A stretch of DNA of 64,000 nucleotides from an uncultured Thermoplasmata archaeon (GTDB lineage: Archaea; Thermoplasmatota; Thermoplasmata; RBG-16-68-12): contig CAVYJM010000006.1 in assembly GCA_963768855.1 (NCBI GenBank), positions 576,001 to 640,000 of the forward strand. Direction: 5' to 3'. Below the pieces are notes generated by a model, which saw only the letters and a list, made by a program, of their open reading frames with translations, searched no databases and had not been told where the DNA came from. Shown here in pieces: positions 26,701-36,475 of this stretch; the first letter of the stretch is position 1; each line of letters starts with the position of its first letter. Made by a program: the position numbers and the translations under genes.

Positions 26701-28041
26701 ATGAGCCTGGAGGAGTCCGTCCTCGCCCGGATCCGTCCGACGCCCGAGGAGGAGGCCAAGCTCGAGGCGATGGTCCGGGACCTCATGGCGGCCGTCCAGG
26801 CGGCCCTCGCGGCGAAGGGGTGGGAGGCGAAGCCGTTCCTGTCCGGGTCCGTGGCAAAAGGGACCCATCTCACGGGCGCCGACGTCGACCTGTTCGTCGC
26901 CTTCCCGCCGGACCTGCCGCGTGAGGATCTCGAGAAGCGCGGGCTCGCCCTCGGCGAGCTCCTCGAGCGCGGCGCCCACATGTACGCGGAGCATCCCTAC
27001 ACGCGGGGATTCTACCGCGGCTTCACGGTCGAGATCGTCCCCTGCTACCGGATCACGGACGCGAGCCAGCGCATGAGCGCGGTCGACCGGACCCCGCTCC
27101 ACGTGGACTACGTCCTCGGCCACCTCGACGGGCAGCAGGCGGACGAGATCCGCCTCCTGAAGGCGTGGTCCGAGGGCACCGGGGTCTACGGGGCGGAGGC
27201 GAAGATCCGAGGGTTCAGCGGATACCTGTGCGAGCTCCTCGTCCTGAAGTACGGCTCCTTCCGCGGGGTGCTCGAGGCGAGCCTCGGATGGCGCCGCGGG
27301 GGCGTGATCGAGCTCGATCGACCCGCCGGCCGCACGTTCGACGAGCCCCTCGTCCTGGTCGATCCCGTCGACCCGAACCGCAACGTTGCGAGCGCGGTCT
27401 CCCTGGAGCAGATGGCCTCCTTCGTCCACGCCGCGCGGGAGTACCTGCGGGAACCGGGAGAGCTCTTCTTCTTCCCGAAGCCCCTGAAGTCGCTCTCCAT
27501 CTCGCGCCTCCGCGCGATCGCGAAGCGCCGCGGCGGCCATCTCCTCGCGATCGCGATCCGCGCGCCGGACGTGACGGAGGACGTCCTCTATCCCCAGTTG
27601 CGGAAGGCCCATCGGGCGTTCCAGGAGCTGTTCGAGCGCGAAGGGTTCGCGGTGCACGACTCCCGCTTCGACCTCGCGGGGAGCGAGGCCTTGTTCCTGT
27701 TCGAGTTCGCCATCGCGGCCCTTCCGCGCGTCCAGCGCCATGAGGGCCCGCCGGTGTGGGTGAAGAACGCGAAGGAGTTCCTCGAGAAGTGGCGCGACGA
27801 CCCGCGGCGGCTCGCCGGTCCGTTCATCGTCCAGGAACGCTGGACCGTGGACGTCGCGAGGCCGTTCGTGGATCCCGCCTCCCTGGTCAAGGCCTCCTGG
27901 CGCTCCCTGAGCCTGGGCAAGGACCTCGAGAAGATGGCCCGACGCCCGCCCCGGGTCCTCTCGGGGACCGCCTCGTTGCGCGCGAGCTATGCGGAGGCCT
28001 GGACGAGGCTGTTCGACAAGCGCTTCCCCTGGCAGCGCTGA
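26701..28041 (+). CDS. cca: archaeal class I CCA tRNA nucleotidyltransferase
   Basis: 'GSVAKGT.L.GADVDLF', 'YAEHPY', 'SAVDRTPLH', 'GFSGYLCELL', 'DPVDPNRNVA'. Confidence 0.95.
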   Translation: MSLEESVLARIRPTPEEEAKLEAMVRDLMAAVQAALAAKGWEAKPFLSGSVAKGTHLTGADVDLFVAFPPDLPREDLEKRGLALGELLERGAHMYAEHPYTRGFYRGFTVEIVPCYRITDASQRMSAVDRTPLHVDYVLGHLDGQQADEIRLLKAWSEGTGVYGAEAKIRGFSGYLCELLVLKYGSFRGVLEASLGWRRGGVIELDRPAGRTFDEPLVLVDPVDPNRNVASAVSLEQMASFVHAAREYLREPGELFFFPKPLKSLSISRLRAIAKRRGGHLLAIAIRAPDVTEDVLYPQLRKAHRAFQELFEREGFAVHDSRFDLAGSEALFLFEFAIAALPRVQRHEGPPVWVKNAKEFLEKWRDDPRRLAGPFIVQERWTVDVARPFVDPASLVKASWRSLSLGKDLEKMARRPPRVLSGTASLRASYAEAWTRLFDKRFPWQR

Positions 28042-28042
28042 C

Positions 28043-28786
28043 TCACGCCGTGACGATGTCGAGGGACGCCGTCGTGGACAGGCCGGCCGAGTCGGTCGCC
28101 GTGATCGTGACGTGGAACGGGCTGCCCGTATTGGAGAAAGCGACCGCGTAGGTGTCCGGCATGTACACGGTGAGCGTGCTACCCACGCAGGCGTCCGGCT
28201 CGTTGGCGACGGGGATGGCTGTCAGGTTCTCACTGCCGCGCCTGACCTGGACGTCCCTCACCACGGCGTTGTCCGTCGCGCGGAAGATCAGGTAGACCGT
28301 CTGATTTCCTGAGCCCGGGACGGTCACGGTCGCCCCCGGCGTGCCGGCGTAGCAGTACATCGAGGCAGGGGCGGGGACCGTCAGATTCCCGCCCGGGTCG
28401 AACGTCCCCACCTGGAACGAGCCGATCTCCGGGTACGTGTGGTCCCCGAAGGGCGCGTTCAGCAGGATGATGGAGAACGCGAGGAAGCTGAAGAAGTACA
28501 CCATCGCGTGGCTCGCCCAGTCTCGGCGCTTGAATCCGTGGATGGGCAGTCCCAGCATCGGGAGCACGAAGTACAGCGCGGCGAACACGAGGAGCCCGAG
28601 CAGGAACCCGACCGGGGCCAGGTCGAACGCGTAGAACAAGTAGGCGAGGATTGCCCCGACGACGGCCCACGCGATGACCACGAGGGAAATCTTGGCGTTC
28701 TCGATCTCCTTCCGCATGTAGCCGACTTCGTCGAACTCCGGGGGCTCCCAGACGGGGACCTCCTCCTTGCGCTTCCGACGGGCCAC
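28043..28786 (-). CDS. hypothetical membrane protein
   Basis: N-terminal 'PPEFDEVGYMRKEI', 3 TM, T/S/G-rich beta-sandwich-like C-terminus. Confidence 0.75.
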   Translation of the reverse strand: MARRKRKEEVPVWEPPEFDEVGYMRKEIENAKISLVVIAWAVVGAILAYLFYAFDLAPVGFLLGLLVFAALYFVLPMLGLPIHGFKRRDWASHAMVYFFSFLAFSIILLNAPFGDHTYPEIGSFQVGTFDPGGNLTVPAPASMYCYAGTPGATVTVPGSGNQTVYLIFRATDNAVVRDVQVRRGSENLTAIPVANEPDACVGSTLTVYMPDTYAVAFSNTGSPFHVTITATDSAGLSTTASLDIVTA

Positions 28787-28828
28787 GAGCGGTCCGATAC
28801 AGGGGTCCGCTATATAGGTTGCTCCGAA

Positions 28829-29521
28829 CTACGTTCCAGGAGGCGCGCGCGGCATCTGCGAACGGAGCCGGGCGATCTCGATCTGGAACTGCCGGATCGA
28901 GATGAACATCGCGCCGAGGAGCAACCCGCCCACGAAACCCCCGGGCACACCGGTCAGGATCCGCATCAGGTTCGTCGACTCATAATGCGTCACGTCCGAG
29001 AAGAGCTGGTAGAACCCGTCGATCGCGACGGGCAGCAGCCCGACGACCACGATCAGCGCGCCGGCGCGGTCCGCGCTGAACCGGGCGAGGCGCTTCTGCA
29101 CCCAACGGGGCATCGCATTGAGCATGACCCGGCTCGCGGAGGTCGACGGCTCCGCGAACGCCGCGGCGACCAGCCCGAAGTTCGCGAAGATGTACATGGA
29201 GGTCATCCGCGCGCACATCGGCATCTGGTTCCCATTGATGTACAGAGAGCGATACCAGAGCTCGTGGCACTGGATGTCGCCGAACGTGTAGACGGCCCTC
29301 GGGTAGAACCACATCGTCTGCCAGATGGGCTCGTAGTTGAGCTGGTTCGCGCCGCCGAGGTGGTATGCGACGAGGGGGTACTGGCTGTACGGCCAGGCGA
29401 AGGTCCCGGGCGCGAGGATGGCAGGCGCGATGAAGAACGACGCGCACCAGATTAGGTTGAGGAGCAGCAGACCGAAGAGCGGCTTGCTCCACACGAGGCG
29501 CTGCCACGCCCAGGACGCCAC
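28829..29521 (-). CDS. DUF2085 family membrane protein
   Basis: 'CHELWYRSL..NGNQMPMCARMT' matches the CHQ..RS..Q.P.CAR pattern; GTG start preceded by GGTGAG. Confidence 0.75.
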   Translation of the reverse strand: MASWAWQRLVWSKPLFGLLLLNLIWCASFFIAPAILAPGTFAWPYSQYPLVAYHLGGANQLNYEPIWQTMWFYPRAVYTFGDIQCHELWYRSLYINGNQMPMCARMTSMYIFANFGLVAAAFAEPSTSASRVMLNAMPRWVQKRLARFSADRAGALIVVVGLLPVAIDGFYQLFSDVTHYESTNLMRILTGVPGGFVGGLLLGAMFISIRQFQIEIARLRSQMPRAPPGT

Positions 29522-29623
29522 GGGCTGCTCACCGTGCCTTGCGAAGATAAACGTTTGCCGGGAGCCGCCCCTCGGTTCGTCCTGCACCCGACGGTCGGTG
29601 GATGGGACGGTCTCCCGTGCATG

Positions 29624-29770
29624 TCACTTCGCGAACTTGGCGGGATTCCGATCGAACGTGGCCTTGCAGTTGGCGTTGCAGAAGTAGTACGTCTTCCCCT
29701 GGTACGCCGACGTGCCCGCGGCCCGCTTCTCGTCGACCATCATGCCGCACACCGGATCCTTGGCTGCCAT
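29624..29770 (-). CDS. stand-alone YHS/TRASH domain metallochaperone, 48 aa
   Basis: MAAKDPVCGMMVDEK...TYYFCNANCKATFDRNPAKFAK; perfect GGAGGTGA Shine-Dalgarno; absent from the ORF track. Confidence 0.9.
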   Translation of the reverse strand: MAAKDPVCGMMVDEKRAAGTSAYQGKTYYFCNANCKATFDRNPAKFAK

Positions 29771-29813
29771 CTTTCACCTCCTGGCCATCCGACCTCATAG
29801 GGATTGTGCATTC

Positions 29814-31916
29814 TCAGACCTGCGGCCGGAAGCGCCGCAGGGCCATCGAGTTCGCGACCACGCTGACCGATGAGAAGCCCATGGCCGCCCCCGCGTAGAT
29901 CGGGTCGAGCAGGATCCCGAACGCGATGTACAGGAGGCCTGCCGCGAGCGGGATGAGCGCGGTGTTGTAGCCGAACGCCCAGAAGAGGTTCTGGCGGATC
30001 TTGCTCACCGTCTTCCGGCTGAGCTGGATGGAGGCCACGACATCCCGCAGGTCGTCCTTGATCAGGACGATGCCGCCCGCCTCCATCGCCACGTCCGTCC
30101 CGCTCCCGAGCGCGATGCCGACGTCGCTCTGCGCCAGCGCGGGGGCGTCGTTGATCCCGTCTCCGACCATGGCCACGATCCGCCCCTTCGCTTGGAGCTC
30201 CTTGATCTTCGCCGCCTTCTGTCCCGGAAGGACCTCAGCGATGACCTGGTCGATTCCCGCCTGGCGGCCGATCGCCTCGCCCGTCGCCCGGTTGTCGCCG
30301 GTCAGCAGAACGACCTCGATCCCCATCGTTTTCAACGCTCGGACCGCGTCCGCAGAATGTTCCTTCAACGTGTCGGCGAGGGCCACGATGCCCGCGAGTT
30401 TCCCGTCCACGGCGAGGAGCACGGCGGTCTTCCCGCCGGACTGAAGCTTCTCGAGCGTCGCGGAAGCGGACTCGGTGGGGACCGATGCCTCGGCCATGAG
30501 GGTCCGGTTTCCAAGCAGGATCGTCCGACCATCCAGGACGGCTCGGAGTCCCCGCCCGGGCAGTTCCTCCGTACGTTCGCATTCGCTCACGGCGAGCTTG
30601 CGCTCCGAGGCCGCTCGTACCACGGCCTGGGCCAGCGGATGCTGGGAGCCCGTCTCCGCCGACGCGGCCAGCCGCAGGACCTCCGCTTCAGTCAAGCCGC
30701 CCAGGGGGACCACGTCCGTCACGGAGGGGGTCCCCTTCGTGAGCGTCCCCGTCTTGTCGAACACCACGGTCGTGAGCTTGTGGGCCTTCTCGAGGTACTC
30801 GCCTCCCTTGATCAGGAGGCCGTTCTCCGCGCCCTTCCCCGTGCCCACCATGATCGCTGCGGGAGTTGCCAGGCCGAGGGCGCAGGGGCACGCGATGATG
30901 ATCACCGCGATGAAGATGGTAAGGGCGAAGGGGACTGGTTTCCCGAAGGCCAGGAGCCAGGCGAGGGCCGAGACGGTCGCGATCGTGATGACCGCAGGCA
31001 CGAAGACGGCGGCCACCCGATCCGCGAGCCGCTGGATCGGAGCACGCGAGACCTGCGCGTCCTCGACGAGCTTGATGATCTGGTTGAGGGTCGTGTCCGC
31101 GCCCACCTTGGCGGCTCGGGCCCGCAGCGCGCCCGACTTGTTGATCGTGGCGCCGATGATCGTGTCGCCGGCCTTCTTCTCGACCGGGATGGACTCGCCC
31201 GTGATCATCGACTCGTCCAGCGCGGAGAAGCCGTCCAGGATCACCCCGTCCACGGGCACCCGTTCTCCGGGGCGCACACGGAAGACGTCGTCCACCTGGA
31301 CGAGTTCAACGGCGATTTCCTCCTCCTTCCCGTCGCGGAGGACGTGGGCCGTCCTCGGGGCGAGGTCCATGAGCTTCCGGATCGCGTCGCCCGCGCGCCC
31401 CTTCGCGATCTCCTCGAAGTACTTACCCAACAGGATGAGCCCGATGATGGCGGCGGCGGTGTCGTAGTACGTGGCGGGGTTCGCGACGGGGACGCCCACA
31501 TACGGGAGGAACGTCACGAGCGTGCTGTAGATCCAGGCCGCAGAGGTACCCATCGCGATGAGCACGTCCATGTTCGCGCTCCGATTGCGGAGCGCGTCCC
31601 ATGTGCCCCGGTAGAAGCGCCACCCTGCGATGAACTGGACAGGTGTGGCCAGGGCGAAGAACACCAGGTTCGCGGGTTCTGCCAGACCGACAAGCCACCA
31701 TCCGAGCCCCATCCCGAAGGCGAGGACCGCCATGGGGAGGCCGATGCTCAGGCTGAAGGCCGAGAGCCGCTTGAGTCGCCGGATCTCCTTGTCCGGCGCG
31801 GTGAACGTCTCGAGGCAGGTCTCCGAGCAGAAGTAGTACGTCCGGCCGCGGACGACCGCCGTCAACGTAGACGTGCGCTCGTCCACATACATGCCGCAGA
31901 CCGGATCCGTCGCCAT
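29814..31916 (-). CDS. copA: Cu+-exporting P1B-type ATPase with N-terminal YHS domain
   Basis: 'DPVCGM..YYFCSETC', TGES, CPC, DKTGT, GDGINDAP, 'YNT', 'MGFSS'. Confidence 0.93.
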   Translation of the reverse strand: MATDPVCGMYVDERTSTLTAVVRGRTYYFCSETCLETFTAPDKEIRRLKRLSAFSLSIGLPMAVLAFGMGLGWWLVGLAEPANLVFFALATPVQFIAGWRFYRGTWDALRNRSANMDVLIAMGTSAAWIYSTLVTFLPYVGVPVANPATYYDTAAAIIGLILLGKYFEEIAKGRAGDAIRKLMDLAPRTAHVLRDGKEEEIAVELVQVDDVFRVRPGERVPVDGVILDGFSALDESMITGESIPVEKKAGDTIIGATINKSGALRARAAKVGADTTLNQIIKLVEDAQVSRAPIQRLADRVAAVFVPAVITIATVSALAWLLAFGKPVPFALTIFIAVIIIACPCALGLATPAAIMVGTGKGAENGLLIKGGEYLEKAHKLTTVVFDKTGTLTKGTPSVTDVVPLGGLTEAEVLRLAASAETGSQHPLAQAVVRAASERKLAVSECERTEELPGRGLRAVLDGRTILLGNRTLMAEASVPTESASATLEKLQSGGKTAVLLAVDGKLAGIVALADTLKEHSADAVRALKTMGIEVVLLTGDNRATGEAIGRQAGIDQVIAEVLPGQKAAKIKELQAKGRIVAMVGDGINDAPALAQSDVGIALGSGTDVAMEAGGIVLIKDDLRDVVASIQLSRKTVSKIRQNLFWAFGYNTALIPLAAGLLYIAFGILLDPIYAGAAMGFSSVSVVANSMALRRFRPQV

Positions 31917-31981
31917 CGTTCACCTGCTCGGGGTCCCGTGCGGACCAGGGCATCCATGCGGTCCCTTCGTCATCCCCATTG

Positions 31982-32001
31982 CGCTTAACATTTGTAAAGC
32001 G
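31982..32001. promoter_or_regulatory. inverted repeat upstream of copA
   Basis: CGCTTAACA-TT-TGTAAAGCG, 9-bp arms with one mismatch. Confidence 0.5.
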
Positions 32002-32124
32002 TGGTCTAAAGGCCTTTGCTCATCCCCAGTCGACGCGCTCCCTGGGCTGAATCATGGCGACGCACATTCGCTCACCCCTCCCGCCTGCAGGACCTTGTAG
32101 TCCTCCGCCCATGCAAACCCATTC

Positions 32125-32568
32125 ATGGCCTACGATGCCCTGAAGGAGTTCGAGGGTGAGGAGTACAGCGGCATGCCCGTGGGCGGTGAGCATGCCTGGC
32201 ACTACACGGACGCGCGGTGGCGGGAGCGAAAGGTGGCCCCGGATGCGTGGGAGTTCACGCTGACCTCCGTCAAGCGGCGCGACCGTCCTGCGCCGCCCGG
32301 ATCCGGTGCAGCCGTGTTCACGGAGTACCACTGGTACCTGCTCGCCCATCAGTGGGCCCGCAAGATCGACGCGGACAGCTACACGACGTTCATGTCGGGG
32401 ATGAAGTACAAGGTGGCCCACCGACGTCCGCACTGGCGCGCCTGGAGCTCCGAGTATCCGGGCCAGGAGACCGAGACGGAGCGGGTCGCCGGAATCCTCG
32501 AATCGACGCTCGATCGGCTCCGGTCTTCGCGGGAGCGTCCGGCGCCCGTGTCCTTGGTCCTGCCCTGA
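32125..32568 (+). CDS. hypothetical protein (aromatic-rich, beta-rich)
   Basis: 147 aa, GC3-rich codons; 'GSG....TEYHWYLLAHQ' looks like a conserved block. Confidence 0.75.
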   Translation: MAYDALKEFEGEEYSGMPVGGEHAWHYTDARWRERKVAPDAWEFTLTSVKRRDRPAPPGSGAAVFTEYHWYLLAHQWARKIDADSYTTFMSGMKYKVAHRRPHWRAWSSEYPGQETETERVAGILESTLDRLRSSRERPAPVSLVLP

Positions 32569-32579
32569 GCCCGCTCGGC

Positions 32580-33323
32580 TCAACGGTACATGTCGGAGGG
32601 GATCGTCGTCTCCTTGGGTGTCACGGGGATTGCCTGCTGCTTCAGCCGCTGCAGGTACTCCTCCAGTTGTTGCGCCTGCTGCTGGAGCGGCTTCAGGTCG
32701 ATCGTCACGTCCTCCAGGAGCTCGTCGAGCGCGTGGACCAGGGCGACCGCGGCGTGGGCGTCCGGGAGGTCGGGACGCGCCTCCGCCAGGAGCGCGATCA
32801 CGTTCGAGTTGCGCCAACGCCCCTCGTTCAGCAGGACCCCCGCCACGCCGGCGATCATCCCGGTCTCCAGCTGGTCGATCTTGTGCTTCTCGAGTTCCTG
32901 CCTCGCGCCGTCCGTGCTCCCGACGCCCCAGACCGCGGGTCCCTCCGTCGGTCCGTCGCCCTCCATCGGCAGCCCCTCGAGGGAGATGATCCGGCGGCAC
33001 CCCTGTTTCTGGGCCCAGTCCAGGAGCGCGTAGGCCACCGCGCGATGGATGCGGGTCGGCAGCGGCATCTCGCAGACGAAAATGGCGAGCTTGTGCTCCG
33101 CGCTCGCGTACACGCGCGCGGGGAACTTCGGCTTCTTCGCGTAGATCATCGAGACGGACGGGAAGTCCTCCGACTCGAGGGCGCACACCTGGTCGACGGG
33201 GAGCATCTGGATCATGTAGGTGGCCGTGATCGTGCTGACGAGTCCGACGCTCGGGAACGCGGCGACGACCGTCCCGCCTTTCAGGTCGACCTGCTTGAGC
33301 GTGCGGACTTCAACCGTGGGCAT
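32580..33323 (-). CDS. PAC2 family proteasome assembly chaperone
   Basis: 'AFPSVGLVSTI', 'FPARVY', 'IAGVAGVLL', 'PDAHAA'. Confidence 0.88.
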   Translation of the reverse strand: MPTVEVRTLKQVDLKGGTVVAAFPSVGLVSTITATYMIQMLPVDQVCALESEDFPSVSMIYAKKPKFPARVYASAEHKLAIFVCEMPLPTRIHRAVAYALLDWAQKQGCRRIISLEGLPMEGDGPTEGPAVWGVGSTDGARQELEKHKIDQLETGMIAGVAGVLLNEGRWRNSNVIALLAEARPDLPDAHAAVALVHALDELLEDVTIDLKPLQQQAQQLEEYLQRLKQQAIPVTPKETTIPSDMYR

Positions 33324-33378
33324 GGAGAACCCAAGCGAGGCATGCGACGGCGCTCGTAAGTAGTTTGGGCCTTCCGAG

Positions 33379-33726
33379 TCACAGGGCCTCGACGGCCTTG
33401 ACCGCCTCGTCGATTTCCTGCGACAACCGGGTGCGGGCCGCGGGATCGTGCCAGAGGTACGTGAGGTCGGGGCGCGTCTTGCGGCAGATGTCCAGCATCT
33501 CCTCGACCGTGGTCGCGCGAAGGACCTCGAGGACGACGGGGCGGAACGCCCGCAGCTCCGTCCCGTGGTGTCGCACGATGTCGGGGTAGAGCCAGAACTC
33601 CCCCTTCATCCAACGTTCCACGTACCCCCGGGACAGGGGCCGCACGCGCTTTGCGACCTGCCGCGTGAATGCGTCCTTCGCAAGCTCGAGGAGGAGCCGG
33701 TGCTCGGACTCCTGGGAGACCGCCAC
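33379..33726 (-). CDS. hypothetical protein
   Basis: 115-aa ORF with typical codon bias filling the gap; no recognised motif. Confidence 0.65.
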   Translation of the reverse strand: MAVSQESEHRLLLELAKDAFTRQVAKRVRPLSRGYVERWMKGEFWLYPDIVRHHGTELRAFRPVVLEVLRATTVEEMLDICRKTRPDLTYLWHDPAARTRLSQEIDEAVKAVEAL

Positions 33727-33987
33727 GGAAGGCGCCGATGGAGGCGGTTGGGCATAGACTTTGGTCTTTCCTGCCCGCGCCCGGACGGCCGTCGCTCCCC
33801 CGGGTCGATACTCTGCTTGCGGGGTGTGTCATCTAGGCACAGTAAGTGTTATCAATACCCATGTGCCAAATCGCATCGTGCCGGGTAGGTCCGCCAGAAT
33901 CCGGGTGAAATCGAAGAGCGCGCCTGCGATGGAGCGTGGCCGCCCGGACGGCGCTCGCATGCGGGACGCGCGGCGCGGGGGATCACC

Positions 33988-35856
33988 GTGTACGCTGAGA
34001 ACGAACGGATCGTGTCGGCCAAGGCAGGGGAAACCCTTCTCCTCCTCGGCAATGAGGCGATCGCCCGTGCGGCCGTCGAGGCCGGCGTGGACCTCGCGAC
34101 CACGTATCCGGGGACGCCGTCCTCGGAGATCGGCCTGGTCCTCGACGACGTTGCGAAAGAGGCCGGCCTAAAGTTCCAGTACGCGATCAACGAGAAGGTC
34201 GCGATGGAGGTCGCGGCGTCCGCGGCGGTCGGGGGCCTGAAGTCTCTCGTCTTCATGAAACACGTCGGGATGAACGTCGCCGCGGACGCCCTGATGACTC
34301 TCGCATACAGCGGCGTGCGGGGCGCGATGGTCGTCGTGACGGCGGACGACCCCGGATGCCACTCGAGCCAGAACGAGCAGGACAACCGGATCTTCGCGAA
34401 GTTCGCGAACCTGCCGCTCCTCGAGCCCGCGACGGCCCAGGAATGCCTCGACCTGACCAAGTTCGCCTTCGAGTTCTCCGCCTTCCTCGAGCTCCCGGTG
34501 ATCGTCCGCACGACGACCCGCGTGAGCCACGCCCGCGGTCCCGTGACGGTCGGCGACCGGCTCGCCCCGCGGCGAACGGCCCACTTCGACCGCGAGCCGA
34601 ACCGGTTCGTCATGCTGCCCGCGAACGCGCGGGAGGGTCACAAGCGGGTCCTCCAGAAGATGCGCCTTGCGGAGGGCATCTCCGAGTCGACCCCGTTCAA
34701 CCGCATCGAGGACCTCGGCCGGAAGGGGGACATCGGGATCGTGGCCTCGGGCCCCGCCTACCTGTACCTCATGGAGTTCGCGGACGACCTGATGGGCAAG
34801 GTCCTCAAGCTCGGCCTCACGAACCCGCTGCCGAAGTCGAAGATCACCCAGTTCCTGCGCAGCGTGAAGCGCGTCGTGGTCCTCGAGGAGCTCGAGCCCT
34901 TCCTGGAAGACCAGCTCCGCGCCCTGGCGAACGAGTTCGACATCCACGTCGACGTCTACGGCAAGGCGCAGGGCCTCCTGCCCCGGACCGGAGAGCTCGA
35001 CCCGGATCTGGTCGCCGAGGCGCTCGCGCGGCTGGAGATGCTCGACCCGAAGACGGTCCAGCGGCTGCGGGACGTCAAGCTCGCCAAGATCCCCGTCCGG
35101 CCGCCCGTCCTGTGCCCGGGCTGCGGCCACCGCGGCGTTGCCTTCGCGGCGCGGCAGGCATCCCGCCGCCAGGACGTCCTGTTCCCCGTGGACATCGGCT
35201 GCTACAGCCTCGTCGAGTACCCGCCCACCGCGACGGGGGACATCCTGCTCTGCATGGGCTCCTCGATCGGCACGGCCGCCGGCCTGGCTGCGACCACGGA
35301 CAAGAAGATCCTCGCGTTCATCGGCGACTCCACGTTCTACCATGCGGGCATCCCCGCGCTGATCCACTCCGTCCACCAGGATCTCACGATGACCGTGTGC
35401 ATCATGGACAACGGCACGACGGCCATGACGGGCCACCAGCCCCATCCGGGCGTCGCGCAACCCGGCCATCCCGCGGTGGACATGGAGGGCCTCGTCCGCG
35501 CATGCGGCGTCAAGAGCGTCGAGACGTACGACGCGTACGACGTGAAAGCCCTGACGAAGGCGTTCCGCCGGGCGCTGGACCGAGACGGCGTCAACGTGAT
35601 CATCGCGCGCCATGAGTGCCGCCTCCTCGAGCTCCGGGACCAGAAGGCGAAGGGGCAGGCCCCCGTCCTCTACGAGGTCCTCCCCGAGAAGTGCACGAAG
35701 TGCGGATTCTGCATCGACGCCTTCGCCTGCCCAGCCCTCGTCAAGCTCGAGGACGAGAGCGTGGCGATCGACCCGGCCCTGTGCAACGGCTGCGCCGTCT
35801 GCGCGGACATCTGCCCGCCCAAGGCGATCGTCCTGGTCAAGGAGGCGAGGGCATGA
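33988..35856 (+). CDS. iorA: indolepyruvate:ferredoxin oxidoreductase alpha subunit
   Basis: 'LGNEAIAR', 'YPGTPSSE', 'NEKVAME', 'KHVGMN', 'CPGCGHR', 'DIGCY', 'GDSTFYH', 'DNGTTAMTG', two C-terminal 4Fe-4S motifs. Confidence 0.95.
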   Translation: MYAENERIVSAKAGETLLLLGNEAIARAAVEAGVDLATTYPGTPSSEIGLVLDDVAKEAGLKFQYAINEKVAMEVAASAAVGGLKSLVFMKHVGMNVAADALMTLAYSGVRGAMVVVTADDPGCHSSQNEQDNRIFAKFANLPLLEPATAQECLDLTKFAFEFSAFLELPVIVRTTTRVSHARGPVTVGDRLAPRRTAHFDREPNRFVMLPANAREGHKRVLQKMRLAEGISESTPFNRIEDLGRKGDIGIVASGPAYLYLMEFADDLMGKVLKLGLTNPLPKSKITQFLRSVKRVVVLEELEPFLEDQLRALANEFDIHVDVYGKAQGLLPRTGELDPDLVAEALARLEMLDPKTVQRLRDVKLAKIPVRPPVLCPGCGHRGVAFAARQASRRQDVLFPVDIGCYSLVEYPPTATGDILLCMGSSIGTAAGLAATTDKKILAFIGDSTFYHAGIPALIHSVHQDLTMTVCIMDNGTTAMTGHQPHPGVAQPGHPAVDMEGLVRACGVKSVETYDAYDVKALTKAFRRALDRDGVNVIIARHECRLLELRDQKAKGQAPVLYEVLPEKCTKCGFCIDAFACPALVKLEDESVAIDPALCNGCAVCADICPPKAIVLVKEARA

Positions 35857-36467
35857 AGGGCACGAGCATCGTCATCGGCGGCGTGGGCGGCCAGGGCGTC
35901 ATCCTGACAGCCCGCATCCTGTCCGAGGCCGCGCTCACCCACGGGCTCAAAGTCCAGATGTCCGAGGTCCACGGGATGAGCCAGCGCTACGGCTCGGTCG
36001 TCTCGACGGTCCGCATGGGGAACGTGCAGACCTCCATGGTCAAGAAGGGCGAGGCCGACGCGATCGTGGGCTTCGAGCCGCTCGAGAGCGTGCGGATGCT
36101 CCCGTACGCCGCTCGCAAGACGGTCGTCATCACCGCGCTCACGCCGATCCGGCCTCTCCTCGTCGTCCTCGGCAAGGAATCCTATCCCTCCCTGGAGGAG
36201 CTGCACCGCCAGCTCCGGGAGCGCGCGGGCCGCGTGCTCGCGGTGGACGCGGACCGCATCGCCCGGTCCGTCGGCGACCCCGTCGTCGCGAACAGCGTCC
36301 TCTTGGGCGCCCTGCTCGGCACGAAGGTCGTGCCGGTCCCGCTCGAGCGCATCCGGAGGACCCTCGCCGAGCACGTCCCGGGGAAGCTCCTTGCGGCGAA
36401 CCTAGAAGCCTTGGACATCGGTTATGGGATCGCGGTCCAGGACCAGTACTCGATCCAATTCGCCTAG
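35853..36467 (+). CDS. iorB: indolepyruvate:ferredoxin oxidoreductase beta subunit
   Basis: 'GVGGQGVI', 'EVHGMSQRYGSV'; ATGA overlap with iorA. Confidence 0.93.
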   Translation: MKGTSIVIGGVGGQGVILTARILSEAALTHGLKVQMSEVHGMSQRYGSVVSTVRMGNVQTSMVKKGEADAIVGFEPLESVRMLPYAARKTVVITALTPIRPLLVVLGKESYPSLEELHRQLRERAGRVLAVDADRIARSVGDPVVANSVLLGALLGTKVVPVPLERIRRTLAEHVPGKLLAANLEALDIGYGIAVQDQYSIQFA

Positions 36468-36475
36468 GTGACATC

